IMG/VR virus record: IMGVR_UViG_2912844605_000003
Direction: 5' to 3' (one strand)
Origin: a virus
Length of the DNA: 64,000 nucleotides
Each line of letters opens with the position of its first letter. Positions within the stretch are counted from its first letter, which is position 1. Shown here piece after piece: positions 9,323-18,268 of the stretch. The translations under genes and the position numbers were made by a program. Below the pieces are notes generated by a model. It was not told the DNA's origin. It worked only from the letters and a program-made list of their open reading frames with translations, and did not search any database.

Positions 9323-9584
9323 TTAAATATTCTAAATACTTAAGATGTTCAAAGAGTTCTTCATCTCTATATGCTTGAATTGCATCTTCAAGTTTAAACG
9401 AGTGTTTTATTTTTCTGCTTGTGGCTTCGGTAAATAACCTAGTGATTTTACCTTCATCTAGATAACTATGATAGCCACCACCATTACAAAGAAATCGAAG
9501 TATATTCTTTAAATACCGATCAGATATCTGATCAACTGTGTAGGTATTATAATTTTTATCTATCCAGTCGTATTCATTTCTCAT
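9309..9584 (-). CDS. Hypothetical phage protein
   Basis: 91 aa; AGGAGG upstream. Confidence 0.7.
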   Translation of the reverse strand: MRNEYDWIDKNYNTYTVDQISDRYLKNILRFLCNGGGYHSYLDEGKITRLFTEATSRKIKHSFKLEDAIQAYRDEELFEHLKYLEYLSDKE

Positions 9585-9627
9585 ATTTTTGGTTAACCCA
9601 GTCCTCCTACCTGATTAAAACTTCAAT

Positions 9628-9912
9628 TTATTTAAACTCACGTTCATGTATTGTATATAAAACATAAGGATGGTTGTTAAAAACAGAATCATCAGGATCT
9701 TGAACTTTAATTTTAGGATACAGACTTTTAAACTCATCAATCTCCTTATCATTCCACAGTTCAAGTTCATATAAGGGAATCCCAGCAACACTTGTTCGAG
9801 TATTTCTCGACCATCCATCCTTTTCTAGCTGCTTGATGTTTCCCCACATCTCATCAAGGGAATTATGAAACACTTCTAATACCATCTTTTTTGTTTGACT
9901 TTTAATAAACAC
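9628..9912 (-). CDS. Hypothetical phage protein
   Basis: 94 aa; GAGGGG RBS with GTG start. Confidence 0.7.
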   Translation of the reverse strand: MFIKSQTKKMVLEVFHNSLDEMWGNIKQLEKDGWSRNTRTSVAGIPLYELELWNDKEIDEFKSLYPKIKVQDPDDSVFNNHPYVLYTIHEREFK

Positions 9913-9951
9913 TTTAATCCCCCTCTTTTAAATTAATTTAAAATTTTACTT

Positions 9952-10200
9952 TTAATCTAATTCCCTCATGTCCTCCCGCTGCTCAATATAACTTTTAAAA
10001 TGCTCCCACTCTCTATCAATTTCCTTAACATTTCTAGCAATATAGGTTTCTGCAATTTCTGGATCAACCAACTTTTGAAGAGAAAGTTGGTACATAAGCT
10101 CAATCTTTGTTACTGTCTCTAAAAATGATCGAGCGCAACTTTTAGCACTATTTAAACGATATTGGCTCAATCCATGTTTTGATTCCATTATTATTCTCAC
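9952..10200 (-). CDS. Hypothetical phage protein
   Basis: 82 aa ORF in the early operon. Confidence 0.7.
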   Translation of the reverse strand: MRIIMESKHGLSQYRLNSAKSCARSFLETVTKIELMYQLSLQKLVDPEIAETYIARNVKEIDREWEHFKSYIEQREDMRELD

Positions 10201-10251
10201 TCCCTTTTAATCACGTTAAAATGCATCTTTTATCTAGACTGTAACCTCAGA

Positions 10252-10434
10252 TCACTCCGCTTCTTCCTCCAAGTCTTTTACAATTTCTTTTAAAAACGGA
10301 AGGTGACTTCTGTTCAATGTGAAATCTGCCGTAATCATCCTAGAGTGTGAATTCTCTTCAATGGTTATACAAAAACCACTTCTATACAACGCATCACCGT
10401 ATTTATCTGTAATCAATCCATTTAACCTACTCAC
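10252..10434 (-). CDS. Hypothetical phage protein
   Basis: 60 aa; start overlaps the upstream stop; GAGGAGG RBS. Confidence 0.65.
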   Translation of the reverse strand: MSRLNGLITDKYGDALYRSGFCITIEENSHSRMITADFTLNRSHLPFLKEIVKDLEEEAE

Positions 10435-10778
10435 TTTGCATCCTCCTCATAAAGTCGTTTGAATCTCTGTACTGCTTTTCCTTCCGAATATAAAAATTCA
10501 GGTTTATATGAGATTAAAACCGGTCGTTTGTCTATTGTCAGAACAGTGTTGTCGTCCTTATCTATGGCTAATTCAGCCCGTTCAATTGCTTCCTTCAGTG
10601 GTACGTTACAGTGTTCAAATGCCTTTTTAATCTCTGCATCGAAAACCTGTTTATGTTCATCAAACGCTTTCCAAATATCATTATCCCAATTTTCAATGCG
10701 TGAAGGATTAAACGGAAATTCCTTTCCCTCTGACGTAATCATTCGGAACTTCGCTTCGTTCTTTTCTTCAGGATTCAC
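10431..10778 (-). CDS. Hypothetical phage protein
   Basis: 115 aa; GAGGAGG RBS. Confidence 0.7.
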   Translation of the reverse strand: MNPEEKNEAKFRMITSEGKEFPFNPSRIENWDNDIWKAFDEHKQVFDAEIKKAFEHCNVPLKEAIERAELAIDKDDNTVLTIDKRPVLISYKPEFLYSEGKAVQRFKRLYEEDAK

Positions 10779-10794
10779 TTCACGTCCTCCTCAG

Positions 10795-11157
10795 CTAAAA
10801 CAATCTCTCATTCGTTATTTTTTCCACTTTATAATTTATGAGATTATTATTTTTCACGTATTCCTCTGCGTATTCCAATGCAGTTTTATCATCATTGGCG
10901 TCGAAACTGAAATGCTTCCAACCGAACTCAACTTCGTACCAAAGCTTATATTCAATACGCCTTATTTCAGTACTCTCTTTGACTTCTAAATACTTCTCAA
11001 CAAAATGAATTAAAAACATTCTTTCGAGAAAATCAGCCTGTCTTTCATCTGGCATTCTGTATCCCGGTTCTTCACAAAATTTATCCCATTCCTTCGCTAA
11101 TTCTTTTTGTTTCTCTTTTATCGACACGAACATTTCTTTATCCTTTTCATCCATCAC
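10795..11157 (-). CDS. Hypothetical phage protein
   Basis: 120 aa; AAGGAGG RBS; overlaps the upstream stop. Confidence 0.7.
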   Translation of the reverse strand: MMDEKDKEMFVSIKEKQKELAKEWDKFCEEPGYRMPDERQADFLERMFLIHFVEKYLEVKESTEIRRIEYKLWYEVEFGWKHFSFDANDDKTALEYAEEYVKNNNLINYKVEKITNERLF

Positions 11158-11327
11158 TCCGCGCCCTCCTTAACTGTTTCAAAATCAACCCAAATATCTT
11201 TCAATGGAACCGTTATTTCATTTTCATTTGTTATTGCATTGTCTGCGACAACATAAGATATGCCAGCTTCGAAAATAACCAGTTCGTTATCATCAATCAT
11301 ATTTTCTTTCAGAATCACACGTTTCAC
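11154..11327 (-). CDS. 57-aa hypothetical protein
   Basis: GGAGG then GTG: MKRVILKENMIDDNELVIFEAGISYVVADNAITNENEITVPLKDIWVDFETVKEGAE; start and stop overlap both neighbours. Confidence 0.6.
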   Translation of the reverse strand: MKRVILKENMIDDNELVIFEAGISYVVADNAITNENEITVPLKDIWVDFETVKEGAE

Positions 11328-11710
11328 TCCACGCCCTCCAATAACACACGATGTTCATAAATGTTGCCGCCGATCTCGCATTCTATCCAATTCATACAAA
11401 AGTCGAAATAGGTATGATCATCGGGAAATTTAAGCCCGTAGTGACCATTTTCGTAAACAATGATCATCGGTTCTCCATCTGTCATATCGATGTCCTTGTC
11501 ATAAATCATTTTTTCGTTCTTATCCTTCAATCCTGTGCCCCACATGAGAGACGTATTTTTTTGAGTACTAGACGCAATACAGATGGGATAAAGAGCTCCA
11601 ACGATATTGCGATACAGCCCCCATTCTCCATCGGAGATAATAAGACTCAGCTCACCATCATCCCAATAATGCATCTTCTCGCCGTCCCACACTCTGTATG
11701 CGGTGTTCAT
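11324..11710 (-). CDS. yopX: YopX family protein
   Basis: AYRVWD, LMWGTGLKDKNEKMIYDKDI and EIGGNIYE signature motifs. Confidence 0.9.
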   Translation of the reverse strand: MNTAYRVWDGEKMHYWDDGELSLIISDGEWGLYRNIVGALYPICIASSTQKNTSLMWGTGLKDKNEKMIYDKDIDMTDGEPMIIVYENGHYGLKFPDDHTYFDFCMNWIECEIGGNIYEHRVLLEGVE

Positions 11711-11988
11711 AATTTCCGTGCCTCCTTTGGGTTTTCGTCACACATTTCTTTTAGCGCTTCCATAAACTCTTTTTCGCTCATATTCAACGGCGTATACCGC
11801 TTTATTACTTCGTGAAACGGCTGGAGATAATTTACCAATGTATCTTCAGCATCTTCCCTTCCTTTTGTTGTCCCAGTAAAATTATTCAAATAGTCTTCAC
11901 TCGTCATATTTATATGTGTCGGACAGTCAACCACTGAACTAAATCGGCAGTACCGTCCATTCGGCTGCTTTGCGATTAATGCACCCAT
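11707..11988 (-). CDS. Hypothetical phage protein
   Basis: 93 aa; AGGAGG RBS. Confidence 0.75.
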   Translation of the reverse strand: MGALIAKQPNGRYCRFSSVVDCPTHINMTSEDYLNNFTGTTKGREDAEDTLVNYLQPFHEVIKRYTPLNMSEKEFMEALKEMCDENPKEARKL

Positions 11989-12073
11989 GTTATTCCTCCT
12001 TATCTGAATCTCTATAAAACTTACATTTTATCCACTAATTTTAATTTTGTTACCTTAGTGAAAATTACACAAT

Positions 12074-12268
12074 TCAATATGTACTTACTTCTTTGCCCTT
12101 ACTTTCTTCTTCTCTTAACATATCTTCAGCTATATACATCCCCTCGTAAGCATAATCAATTATTGAATGAAATTCTCCGATGACTCTTCGTAAATTTTCC
12201 TCTTCTTTGTATGCTTTTAATCGCAGAATCGTTTTCATTAATTTATCGAGCTTTTCATCAAGCAACAT
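12074..12268 (-). CDS. yopV: YopV-like protein
   Basis: 64 aa from MLLDEK; AAGGGAG RBS; size and position match. Confidence 0.7.
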   Translation of the reverse strand: MLLDEKLDKLMKTILRLKAYKEEENLRRVIGEFHSIIDYAYEGMYIAEDMLREEESKGKEVSTY

Positions 12269-12379
12269 AGCTCCCTTTACCATCTCCTATATACATATTA
12301 TTTGTATTTGAATAAACTATAACCCATCATTTAATATCTGTCAATTAGATTCGGCCAATTTATGTGACCGAATCTAATT

Positions 12380-12577
12380 TTAATCTGAGAACATAAAGAT
12401 CAATTCATTGATGTCATCCCTAAGCTTAACGAGGCTTTGTGGTGTAACTGAAATTGTAATATCTAATTTCTCTCCCTTGAAACCAAGTAGGAATTGATAA
12501 TGTTCTGAAGTCAGCAATTTTTTTGTAAGTTTCAGACTAACCTCTTTGTAATTATCTTGATCAACAAATATATTCAA
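12380..12577 (-). CDS. yopU: YopU-like protein
   Basis: 65 aa; size and position match. Confidence 0.7.
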   Translation of the reverse strand: MNIFVDQDNYKEVSLKLTKKLLTSEHYQFLLGFKGEKLDITISVTPQSLVKLRDDINELIFMFSD

Positions 12578-12647
12578 AACAATACCTTCATTCTCCTCTT
12601 GCTGCTGATTACATTATGTTTAATGGAGTCTTTCTTTTTTTTTATTT

Positions 12648-12875
12648 TTACTCAGGCAATTCTTCTGTATTTGTTATTTCATATTCCATATCACTTAATT
12701 TAAAATTTTCAACTGATCCGTCAGCTTTTAAAAACGAGACTTCTTTAGATAAAAGTAAATTTTCACAAATCCTGGTTACCAATGTTTCAGAGACTTCTGG
12801 ACTATCTGCTTTGTTTTTGAGTACAATCTCCAGTTTCTTTAGTTCAATATTGTTTAAATAACCTGCCATCCTCAT
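12648..12875 (-). CDS. yopT: YopT-like protein
   Basis: 73-75 aa; divergent from yopS. Confidence 0.7.
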   Translation of the reverse strand: MRMAGYLNNIELKKLEIVLKNKADSPEVSETLVTRICENLLLSKEVSFLKADGSVENFKLSDMEYEITNTEELPE

Positions 12876-12920
12876 TCTCCTATGTTCAATTTTCTGTGAT
12901 AAACCCTTAAGGCGTTAAGG

Positions 12921-12932
12921 GAACGTGCGTTC
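12921..12932. promoter_or_regulatory. LexA (SOS/Cheo) box between yopT and yopS
   Basis: GAAC-GTGC-GTTC matches the Bacillus GAAC-N4-GTTC consensus exactly. Confidence 0.75.
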
Positions 12933-13051
12933 TGTTTTGTATAATCATTATACATAGAAAGTAGGTGTTATGCTAGTGGTTATTTATCGGCTTCGTATGG
13001 TATGATATGTATTATGTCTTTCCATAACAGAACGCAGGAGGATGTCCGATT

Positions 13052-13276
13052 ATGATTAAAGTTGAGATCGGGCAATGCTTGATACCTGAATTATGTAGAA
13101 AGAAAGACATTACAATCAATGAACTTTCAGAGATAACTGGGATTAAGAAACAGCAGCTGAGCGACTATAATCGATTAGTTAAAGTAGATATGTCTATTCG
13201 AACTGCAAAAAGAATTGCTGCTGCTTTAGATTGTAATGTCGAAGACCTCTATGAATTCAAGGTTGAAAGGCATTGA
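13052..13276 (+). CDS. yopS: Cro/CI-type HTH regulator
   Basis: 74 aa; ITINELSEITGIKKQQLSDY...IAAALDCNVEDL HTH; AGGAGG RBS. Confidence 0.9.
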   Translation: MIKVEIGQCLIPELCRKKDITINELSEITGIKKQQLSDYNRLVKVDMSIRTAKRIAAALDCNVEDLYEFKVERH

Positions 13277-13464
13277 AACGACTAAGACTTTGGTCTTGGT
13301 CTCCTCCTTAGTAAACCATATGGTTTACATGACCATCTTACTACATTTAAACATGTATTTAAAGTGATTATTTTGTCTATTTTTGTCGAAATGCGAATTT
13401 TTTCACAATTTTTTGAGATAAAAGAAAAATCCATTTAACCAAAATAGTCAAATGGATTTCATAT

Positions 13465-14442
13465 TTAAATGGTCGTCTCTTTTAGACCTAGTTCTTCTGC
13501 GTAATATTTATTAACTTCTTCCTCATTAATATAATCTTGCATTGAATAAACTGCTCGATATTTGGATTTCACTCTTAAATTAAAGTCATCTATAATCTGA
13601 TACCTTACAGAGTTATCAATAACCCCTTTTTCTTTATAAAGCTGATATGCTCTATACAAATGACCAGATCTAACAATAGTATTTGGTGTTAAAAAGTTAA
13701 TTTTAAAGAACTCAGATATATCAGTAATTAGATTAGTTATGACAAATTTACTTGCTTGGCCGTCTCCTTTGTTGGACGTTCTTTTTGTTTTAACTACATA
13801 ATCATTTTCAACTAAAAAGACTTCTTTTGTTTGGCCTTTTGCCTTCCCATTCTTTAATTTATATTTAGTTTCCTGAGCTGCATTTAAGGCAATAACAAGA
13901 CATTCACTACTAACTTTTAGTTTTCGTTCACCGTGCTTTGAATCATAGAGGGTTAAAACGTTACCATTTAGCATCGCATCCTCAACTTGCTTTTTGGTTA
14001 AACTTAGCAATTCAGAATGAGCTAAACCTGAAACCCCTTCAAACAACAGCCTTAATACAGCCTTTGATTGATAGTTAACTAATTGATTTTCCATTTCCTC
14101 TAATTCACTATAAGTAATATATAATTTTTTGTCTCCGAGACATTCATAAAGCTCTTCTTCAGAAATAGTTCTTGCCAAATTGGTTAATCCTTTACTTAAC
14201 TTATATGAAATTGCCCAATCAATATACAATGACAATAATGCTAAGGTTCTTCGAACACTACCAATAGTGGTTTGATCGAATGATCGTATAAGTTCTAAAA
14301 TTTGCATTGATGTGAAATCATAAATGTCTTTATTATATAAAGTCTCAGTAATCTCTGCTTTTGCAAAAATAGGCCTCATCTGCATAACCATACCCTCAGA
14401 TAAGGTATCTAAATATTTTTCCTTAATCTCATTATTGAACAT
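13465..14442 (-). CDS. yopR: SPbeta master repressor (MrpR/SroF), degenerate tyrosine-recombinase fold
   Basis: 325 aa from MFNNEI; integrase-like fold lacking the RHR catalytic set (GLAHSELL, TPNTIVRSG); last gene of the sro operon. Confidence 0.9.
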   Translation of the reverse strand: MFNNEIKEKYLDTLSEGMVMQMRPIFAKAEITETLYNKDIYDFTSMQILELIRSFDQTTIGSVRRTLALLSLYIDWAISYKLSKGLTNLARTISEEELYECLGDKKLYITYSELEEMENQLVNYQSKAVLRLLFEGVSGLAHSELLSLTKKQVEDAMLNGNVLTLYDSKHGERKLKVSSECLVIALNAAQETKYKLKNGKAKGQTKEVFLVENDYVVKTKRTSNKGDGQASKFVITNLITDISEFFKINFLTPNTIVRSGHLYRAYQLYKEKGVIDNSVRYQIIDDFNLRVKSKYRAVYSMQDYINEEEVNKYYAEELGLKETTI

Positions 14443-14465
14443 TGCAACAAACAACTCCTAAGTAA

Positions 14466-15848
14466 TTACTCGTCTATTTTTAAATTGTTAAAGAAATTCC
14501 ATATCTTTTGTGGTGATTTAGCATTTCCATTCTTGTCTACTACACCTAATTCATCCCACAATTTATTTTTCTTACTAAAGTCTATAGAGCTTAAAACATC
14601 GGTAATTTTACTTTCTAAATCATCTAGACTTACTCCATCTAACTGCAACTTCTTAGCTAATCCCACATAACCATTAAAGAACAAATAGTTGTTTACAAAA
14701 CTTCTCTTCCGTTCTTTTGCTATATCACCTAAGAACTCATCTACATATTGTGTAGCTAAAGCATCAAAGAAAGATGTAAGGTATCTTGCAGTTTTTAGGA
14801 TGTCTGCCTGAGTAGAAAAATCTTTTTTAGAATAGCTTCTTTCAATTGCCTTTTTGAAGTCAGAAAAAGTTATAAGTAAGTTTTGATTCTGATTTATCCA
14901 GTCTCCATTTGTCTTTATATAATCACCAATTATGCTATTATCCTGAATAAACTTAACAATTTTATTTGAATAAACATTTTGACTCATCTCAGCTACTTTA
15001 GATTTCTTCACTGGATTTATTGTATTTTGTTGCCCAAAATGCTCTCTCGCCCTTTTTTGAGTGTAGTTATAGATGTCCACTTTAAAGGTTTCTTCAAACA
15101 AATGATCTAACTCAGGATGCTGTCTTATAGCCATAGTAATGCCTATTAGCCGGTGATACCCGTCTAAAACGTCTAAAATGGTGTCTTCAGTCACTGTAAG
15201 CGACATAGTGTCGTCATCATATTTTAATTCTTCGCCACAACTTGCGCTTCCAACACGTGCATTAAACGTGAAAACTGATTTAATTAATTTCCCATCTAAG
15301 AACAGTTCCTTTATTTCTTCAACCGATTGTTTATTGAGCTGCGGTACAGGTATCTCAATATCTGAGCCCTCTAGTTTTTTCGTTTTGTTCGTTCTTTGAG
15401 CATTAGGATTATAGTGCAATAACTTATTTTCAAATAGCATAAACAACTCTTTAGCAGTGATGGGGAAGAAATAATTATCATCCGAATACTTTACAACTTG
15501 TTTGAATGTATACGGAAATTTTATATCTTCCTCCACAGATCCTTCCCATAACGTTTCAATTTCTCTCATATCCGTTTCTGTGAAGTAATTTCGTGGATTA
15601 AACCTTTCACTTTCAAGAACTGAGTATAGTGACTTGGCTAAAAAGTACATATATTCTTTAGAAATTTCGACTTCTGGATTTTCTATATCGTAAATTAATT
15701 TTTGTGTTGTCCCTGGAGTAATTTTATTTTTAGCCATCTCTAATTGAATATCGTTAATAAAAGATCTTATGTGTTTATTTTTCGAGATAGCATCTTTCAT
15801 TTCTGAAAGCAGTTTCTCATTTGCAGACTGATCAAAGATCACTGTCAT
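14466..15848 (-). CDS. yopQ: YopQ (SroE), ParB/DndB-like DNA-binding protein
   Basis: 460 aa from MTVIFDQ; LDVLDGYHRL (DGQHR-type) motif. Confidence 0.88.
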   Translation of the reverse strand: MTVIFDQSANEKLLSEMKDAISKNKHIRSFINDIQLEMAKNKITPGTTQKLIYDIENPEVEISKEYMYFLAKSLYSVLESERFNPRNYFTETDMREIETLWEGSVEEDIKFPYTFKQVVKYSDDNYFFPITAKELFMLFENKLLHYNPNAQRTNKTKKLEGSDIEIPVPQLNKQSVEEIKELFLDGKLIKSVFTFNARVGSASCGEELKYDDDTMSLTVTEDTILDVLDGYHRLIGITMAIRQHPELDHLFEETFKVDIYNYTQKRAREHFGQQNTINPVKKSKVAEMSQNVYSNKIVKFIQDNSIIGDYIKTNGDWINQNQNLLITFSDFKKAIERSYSKKDFSTQADILKTARYLTSFFDALATQYVDEFLGDIAKERKRSFVNNYLFFNGYVGLAKKLQLDGVSLDDLESKITDVLSSIDFSKKNKLWDELGVVDKNGNAKSPQKIWNFFNNLKIDE

Positions 15849-15954
15849 ATAGCCTTTCACCTCATGTCATGTTGCTAAATTTAAAGTTACCAAAGGCAAT
15901 CTGGTTAATCAAGAAGAATTATCATTTGAACTGAGTAATATACCGAAAAAATGA

Positions 15955-17031
15955 TTAACGCTCATTTACATGCTTTATAAACTTTTTTAATGTAGCTAGA
16001 TCAGTGTTTTCAAAAAAACTAATAAAATCCTCTTTAGTTGCTTCATATAGTGGATTTAAATCAATTTTTTCATCCATTGTGACACCAGCAGAGTTTGCAA
16101 TGTTAATCTTTCTGCTCATATATCTCTCTGTTGTTAATGTATTTTTATGATTTCCTTGTTCTTTTGCTGCAAGTAAATCGTGCCCAGAATTCTCATAGAC
16201 ATAGTCAATTCCTACACCCTTAAATGAGTGTAAGACTAATTCTCTTTCAGGAGGTATACCTAACCTTTTTTTCGACCTTTTCAAGGAGTGTCGTAATGAT
16301 TGTTCCGAAAGCCCCTGAAAAACCAATTCAGTTTCGCTGACATCCTCTTCCTTCAGCTGCAACAATTCCTCATAAAATACCTGGTTAATGCCTGTAGACA
16401 CAACCTGAGATCCTTTATCAATAACTGTTACTATATAATGGCCTGTACTTTCATCAAGTTGTATGTCTTTCCATCTTACGCGCAAAATCGCACTTACACG
16501 AAAAGAAGTTCTGATGGCGAATTTAACAAACAGCTTTTTCATTAAAGGTTTCTGTCTTTCATTTATATACATATCCTGAGCGATTCTTTCGGCTTCTGTC
16601 TGGGTTGTTTTATCCCAGTTTTTAGTTACTGTTTTAAGCCTTTCGACAGTATTAAACACCGACAAGTCAATATAGTCCTTATAATCATGCTCCAAATATG
16701 TATAGAGCATCTTCAGGGAGGTCATTTTTCTGTTAATACTATTATTAACTAATCCCTTTTCCTGAAGATACTTCACATAGTTGCTTAATTCGCTTTTACT
16801 TACAACTAAATCATCGGGAACCAGACTTTTGACATCTTTACCTTTAATCACACTAAAGAACTGCTTAATATCCCCTTCATAATTCTTTCTGGTGTTCGAC
16901 ACCCTTTTAGTTGATGAAGGCATCATATAGTTAGAATTCCCTGAGCTACTTCTTATATCTTTATTGATTAAAAAGCCCTCGATATCATCGTAAACCGCAT
17001 AATTTTTTAATTGTTTAATTTTATTTTGCAT
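15955..17031 (-). CDS. yopP: YopP (SroD), tyrosine recombinase-like protein
   Basis: 358 aa from MQNKIK; N-terminal SAM-like domain; TSFRVSAIL, LHSFK and GNHKNTLTTERY motifs. Confidence 0.9.
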   Translation of the reverse strand: MQNKIKQLKNYAVYDDIEGFLINKDIRSSSGNSNYMMPSSTKRVSNTRKNYEGDIKQFFSVIKGKDVKSLVPDDLVVSKSELSNYVKYLQEKGLVNNSINRKMTSLKMLYTYLEHDYKDYIDLSVFNTVERLKTVTKNWDKTTQTEAERIAQDMYINERQKPLMKKLFVKFAIRTSFRVSAILRVRWKDIQLDESTGHYIVTVIDKGSQVVSTGINQVFYEELLQLKEEDVSETELVFQGLSEQSLRHSLKRSKKRLGIPPERELVLHSFKGVGIDYVYENSGHDLLAAKEQGNHKNTLTTERYMSRKINIANSAGVTMDEKIDLNPLYEATKEDFISFFENTDLATLKKFIKHVNER

Positions 17032-17233
17032 TATCTTCTCCTCCTTTCTCATCTAATAACTCATCAATAGAGACATTCAACACCAGAGCGATAAGCTTTA
17101 TGGTTGTAACATCTGATTCATCTGGCATTTCAATGATTTTGTTTAATGTCTGAATATTAATCATTGTCTCCCTCGACAATCCCTCTATTGTGATGCCACG
17201 TTTGACCATTAGCTGTTTTATTCGCTCTGACAT
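17021..17233 (-). CDS. yopO: YopO (SroC), XRE HTH regulator
   Basis: 70 aa; GITIEGLSRETMI...IALVLNVSIDELL. Confidence 0.88.
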   Translation of the reverse strand: MSERIKQLMVKRGITIEGLSRETMINIQTLNKIIEMPDESDVTTIKLIALVLNVSIDELLDEKGGEDNAK

Positions 17234-17281
17234 GTCAACCTCCTATTTTTTATGTATACTATAGACTGCAGTGCGTATATG

Positions 17282-17599
17282 TTATGGTTGATAAATAAAC
17301 TCTTCAAATTCAATTGCAATGTGTCGTTTTAAATTCTTAACAAAATGTATTAAGGATCTAAAATGTGGATTATTTTCAATGCTTCTTTTTAACCCATCTC
17401 CACCTAATAATACTCTATTTAGATCTTTTAATAATACTGCTATCTCTATTTTTGCACCATGTAGATCATCTTCAGTTTTTGCATTAACAATCATATTTCT
17501 TATGTGTAGTACACTCTCTATGTAAGTTTGTTTCGCATTTAAAACAAAATCAGCATCAATATCTTTATGATTTGTAGACCTAAGTTCTACAACATGCAT
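17282..17599 (-). CDS. yopN: YopN (SroB)
   Basis: 105 aa; position in the sro operon. Confidence 0.8.
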   Translation of the reverse strand: MHVVELRSTNHKDIDADFVLNAKQTYIESVLHIRNMIVNAKTEDDLHGAKIEIAVLLKDLNRVLLGGDGLKRSIENNPHFRSLIHFVKNLKRHIAIEFEEFIYQP

Positions 17600-17601
17600 T
17601 A

Positions 17602-17802
17602 TTAATCCTCCTTGTATTCACTTAGCAATTTCATGTATCCTTTAGTTAGTTGTTTTCGAACATTTTCATTCTTCATTATTTTTGACTTTTCAATGCTTTT
17701 TTCATGAAAAAACAAATCATTTTTAACTAAGCTTTCAACTTTCTTTTGGTAAATGGTTTTATGCATTGTCATACTGTTTTTTAAGTAACTAATTGCGGAC
17801 AA
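17602..17802 (-). CDS. yopM: YopM (SroA)
   Basis: 66 aa; TTG start behind AGGAGG; first gene of the sro operon. Confidence 0.8.
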   Translation of the reverse strand: MSAISYLKNSMTMHKTIYQKKVESLVKNDLFFHEKSIEKSKIMKNENVRKQLTKGYMKLLSEYKED

Positions 17803-17839
17803 ACCACCAACCTCCTATATACATATTTTTTATCTTTTG

Positions 17840-17975
17840 CATCTATAGCAATTGTAATGCATTACATAAGGGAAGTAAAGATTTTTTTAACGACAAATAG
17901 CACATTCTACGCAATTTTTTTTGCGAATGTGCTGCTTTGTAATGCATTTTACTTAATTAGGGTGTATGTATTTGA
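17840..17975 (-). ncRNA. aimX: aimX locus (transcript downstream of the AimR operator), boundaries approximate
   Basis: Lies between the AimR operator and yopM, as in SPbeta; contains the hairpin GCACATTC...GAATGTGC. Confidence 0.55.
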
Positions 17976-17980
17976 AGTTG

Positions 17981-18017
17981 ATCACTAGATGTTATTAAAA
18001 CCTAATATTTAAGTGAT
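17981..18017. promoter_or_regulatory. AimR operator
   Basis: ATCACT-N25-AGTGAT inverted repeat, the SPbeta AimR site architecture, downstream of aimP. Confidence 0.9.
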
Positions 18018-18031
18018 GGCCTTAAAACTAC

Positions 18032-18066
18032 AAAAGACGCTTAGCTCAAAAGAGCCAAACGTCTTC
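18032..18066 (-). terminator. Terminator after aimP
   Basis: AAGACG...CGTCTT stem followed by a U-run on the minus strand. Confidence 0.7.
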
Positions 18067-18129
18067 CTTTTCTCTGTTTAATTTAATTAAATAAATAATA
18101 ATACTAATAACTTTATGTGTCAATGGATT

Positions 18130-18255
18130 TTATGCTCCACGTGGCATTCCAGCAACCTCATAATCACCTGAAGCTTGTTGGATTGAAGAGTCTGCACTTA
18201 TGTAAGAAGTGCCTAGTGCGCCCAAGATAACTAAAGCCATAATAAGTTTTTTCAT
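18130..18255 (-). CDS. aimP: Arbitrium pre-pro-peptide; mature hexapeptide GMPRGA
   Basis: MKKLIMALVILGALGTSYISADSSIQQASGDYEVAGMPRGA (41 aa); AAGGAGGTGA RBS; signal peptide. Confidence 0.97.
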   Translation of the reverse strand: MKKLIMALVILGALGTSYISADSSIQQASGDYEVAGMPRGA

Positions 18256-18268
18256 TGTCTCACCTCCT

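Noticed and set aside
17844-17945. 34-codon minus-strand ORF in the aimX locus (MHYKAAHSQKKLRRM...)
   Set aside because: No RBS; cannot be supported as an AimX peptide from sequence alone.
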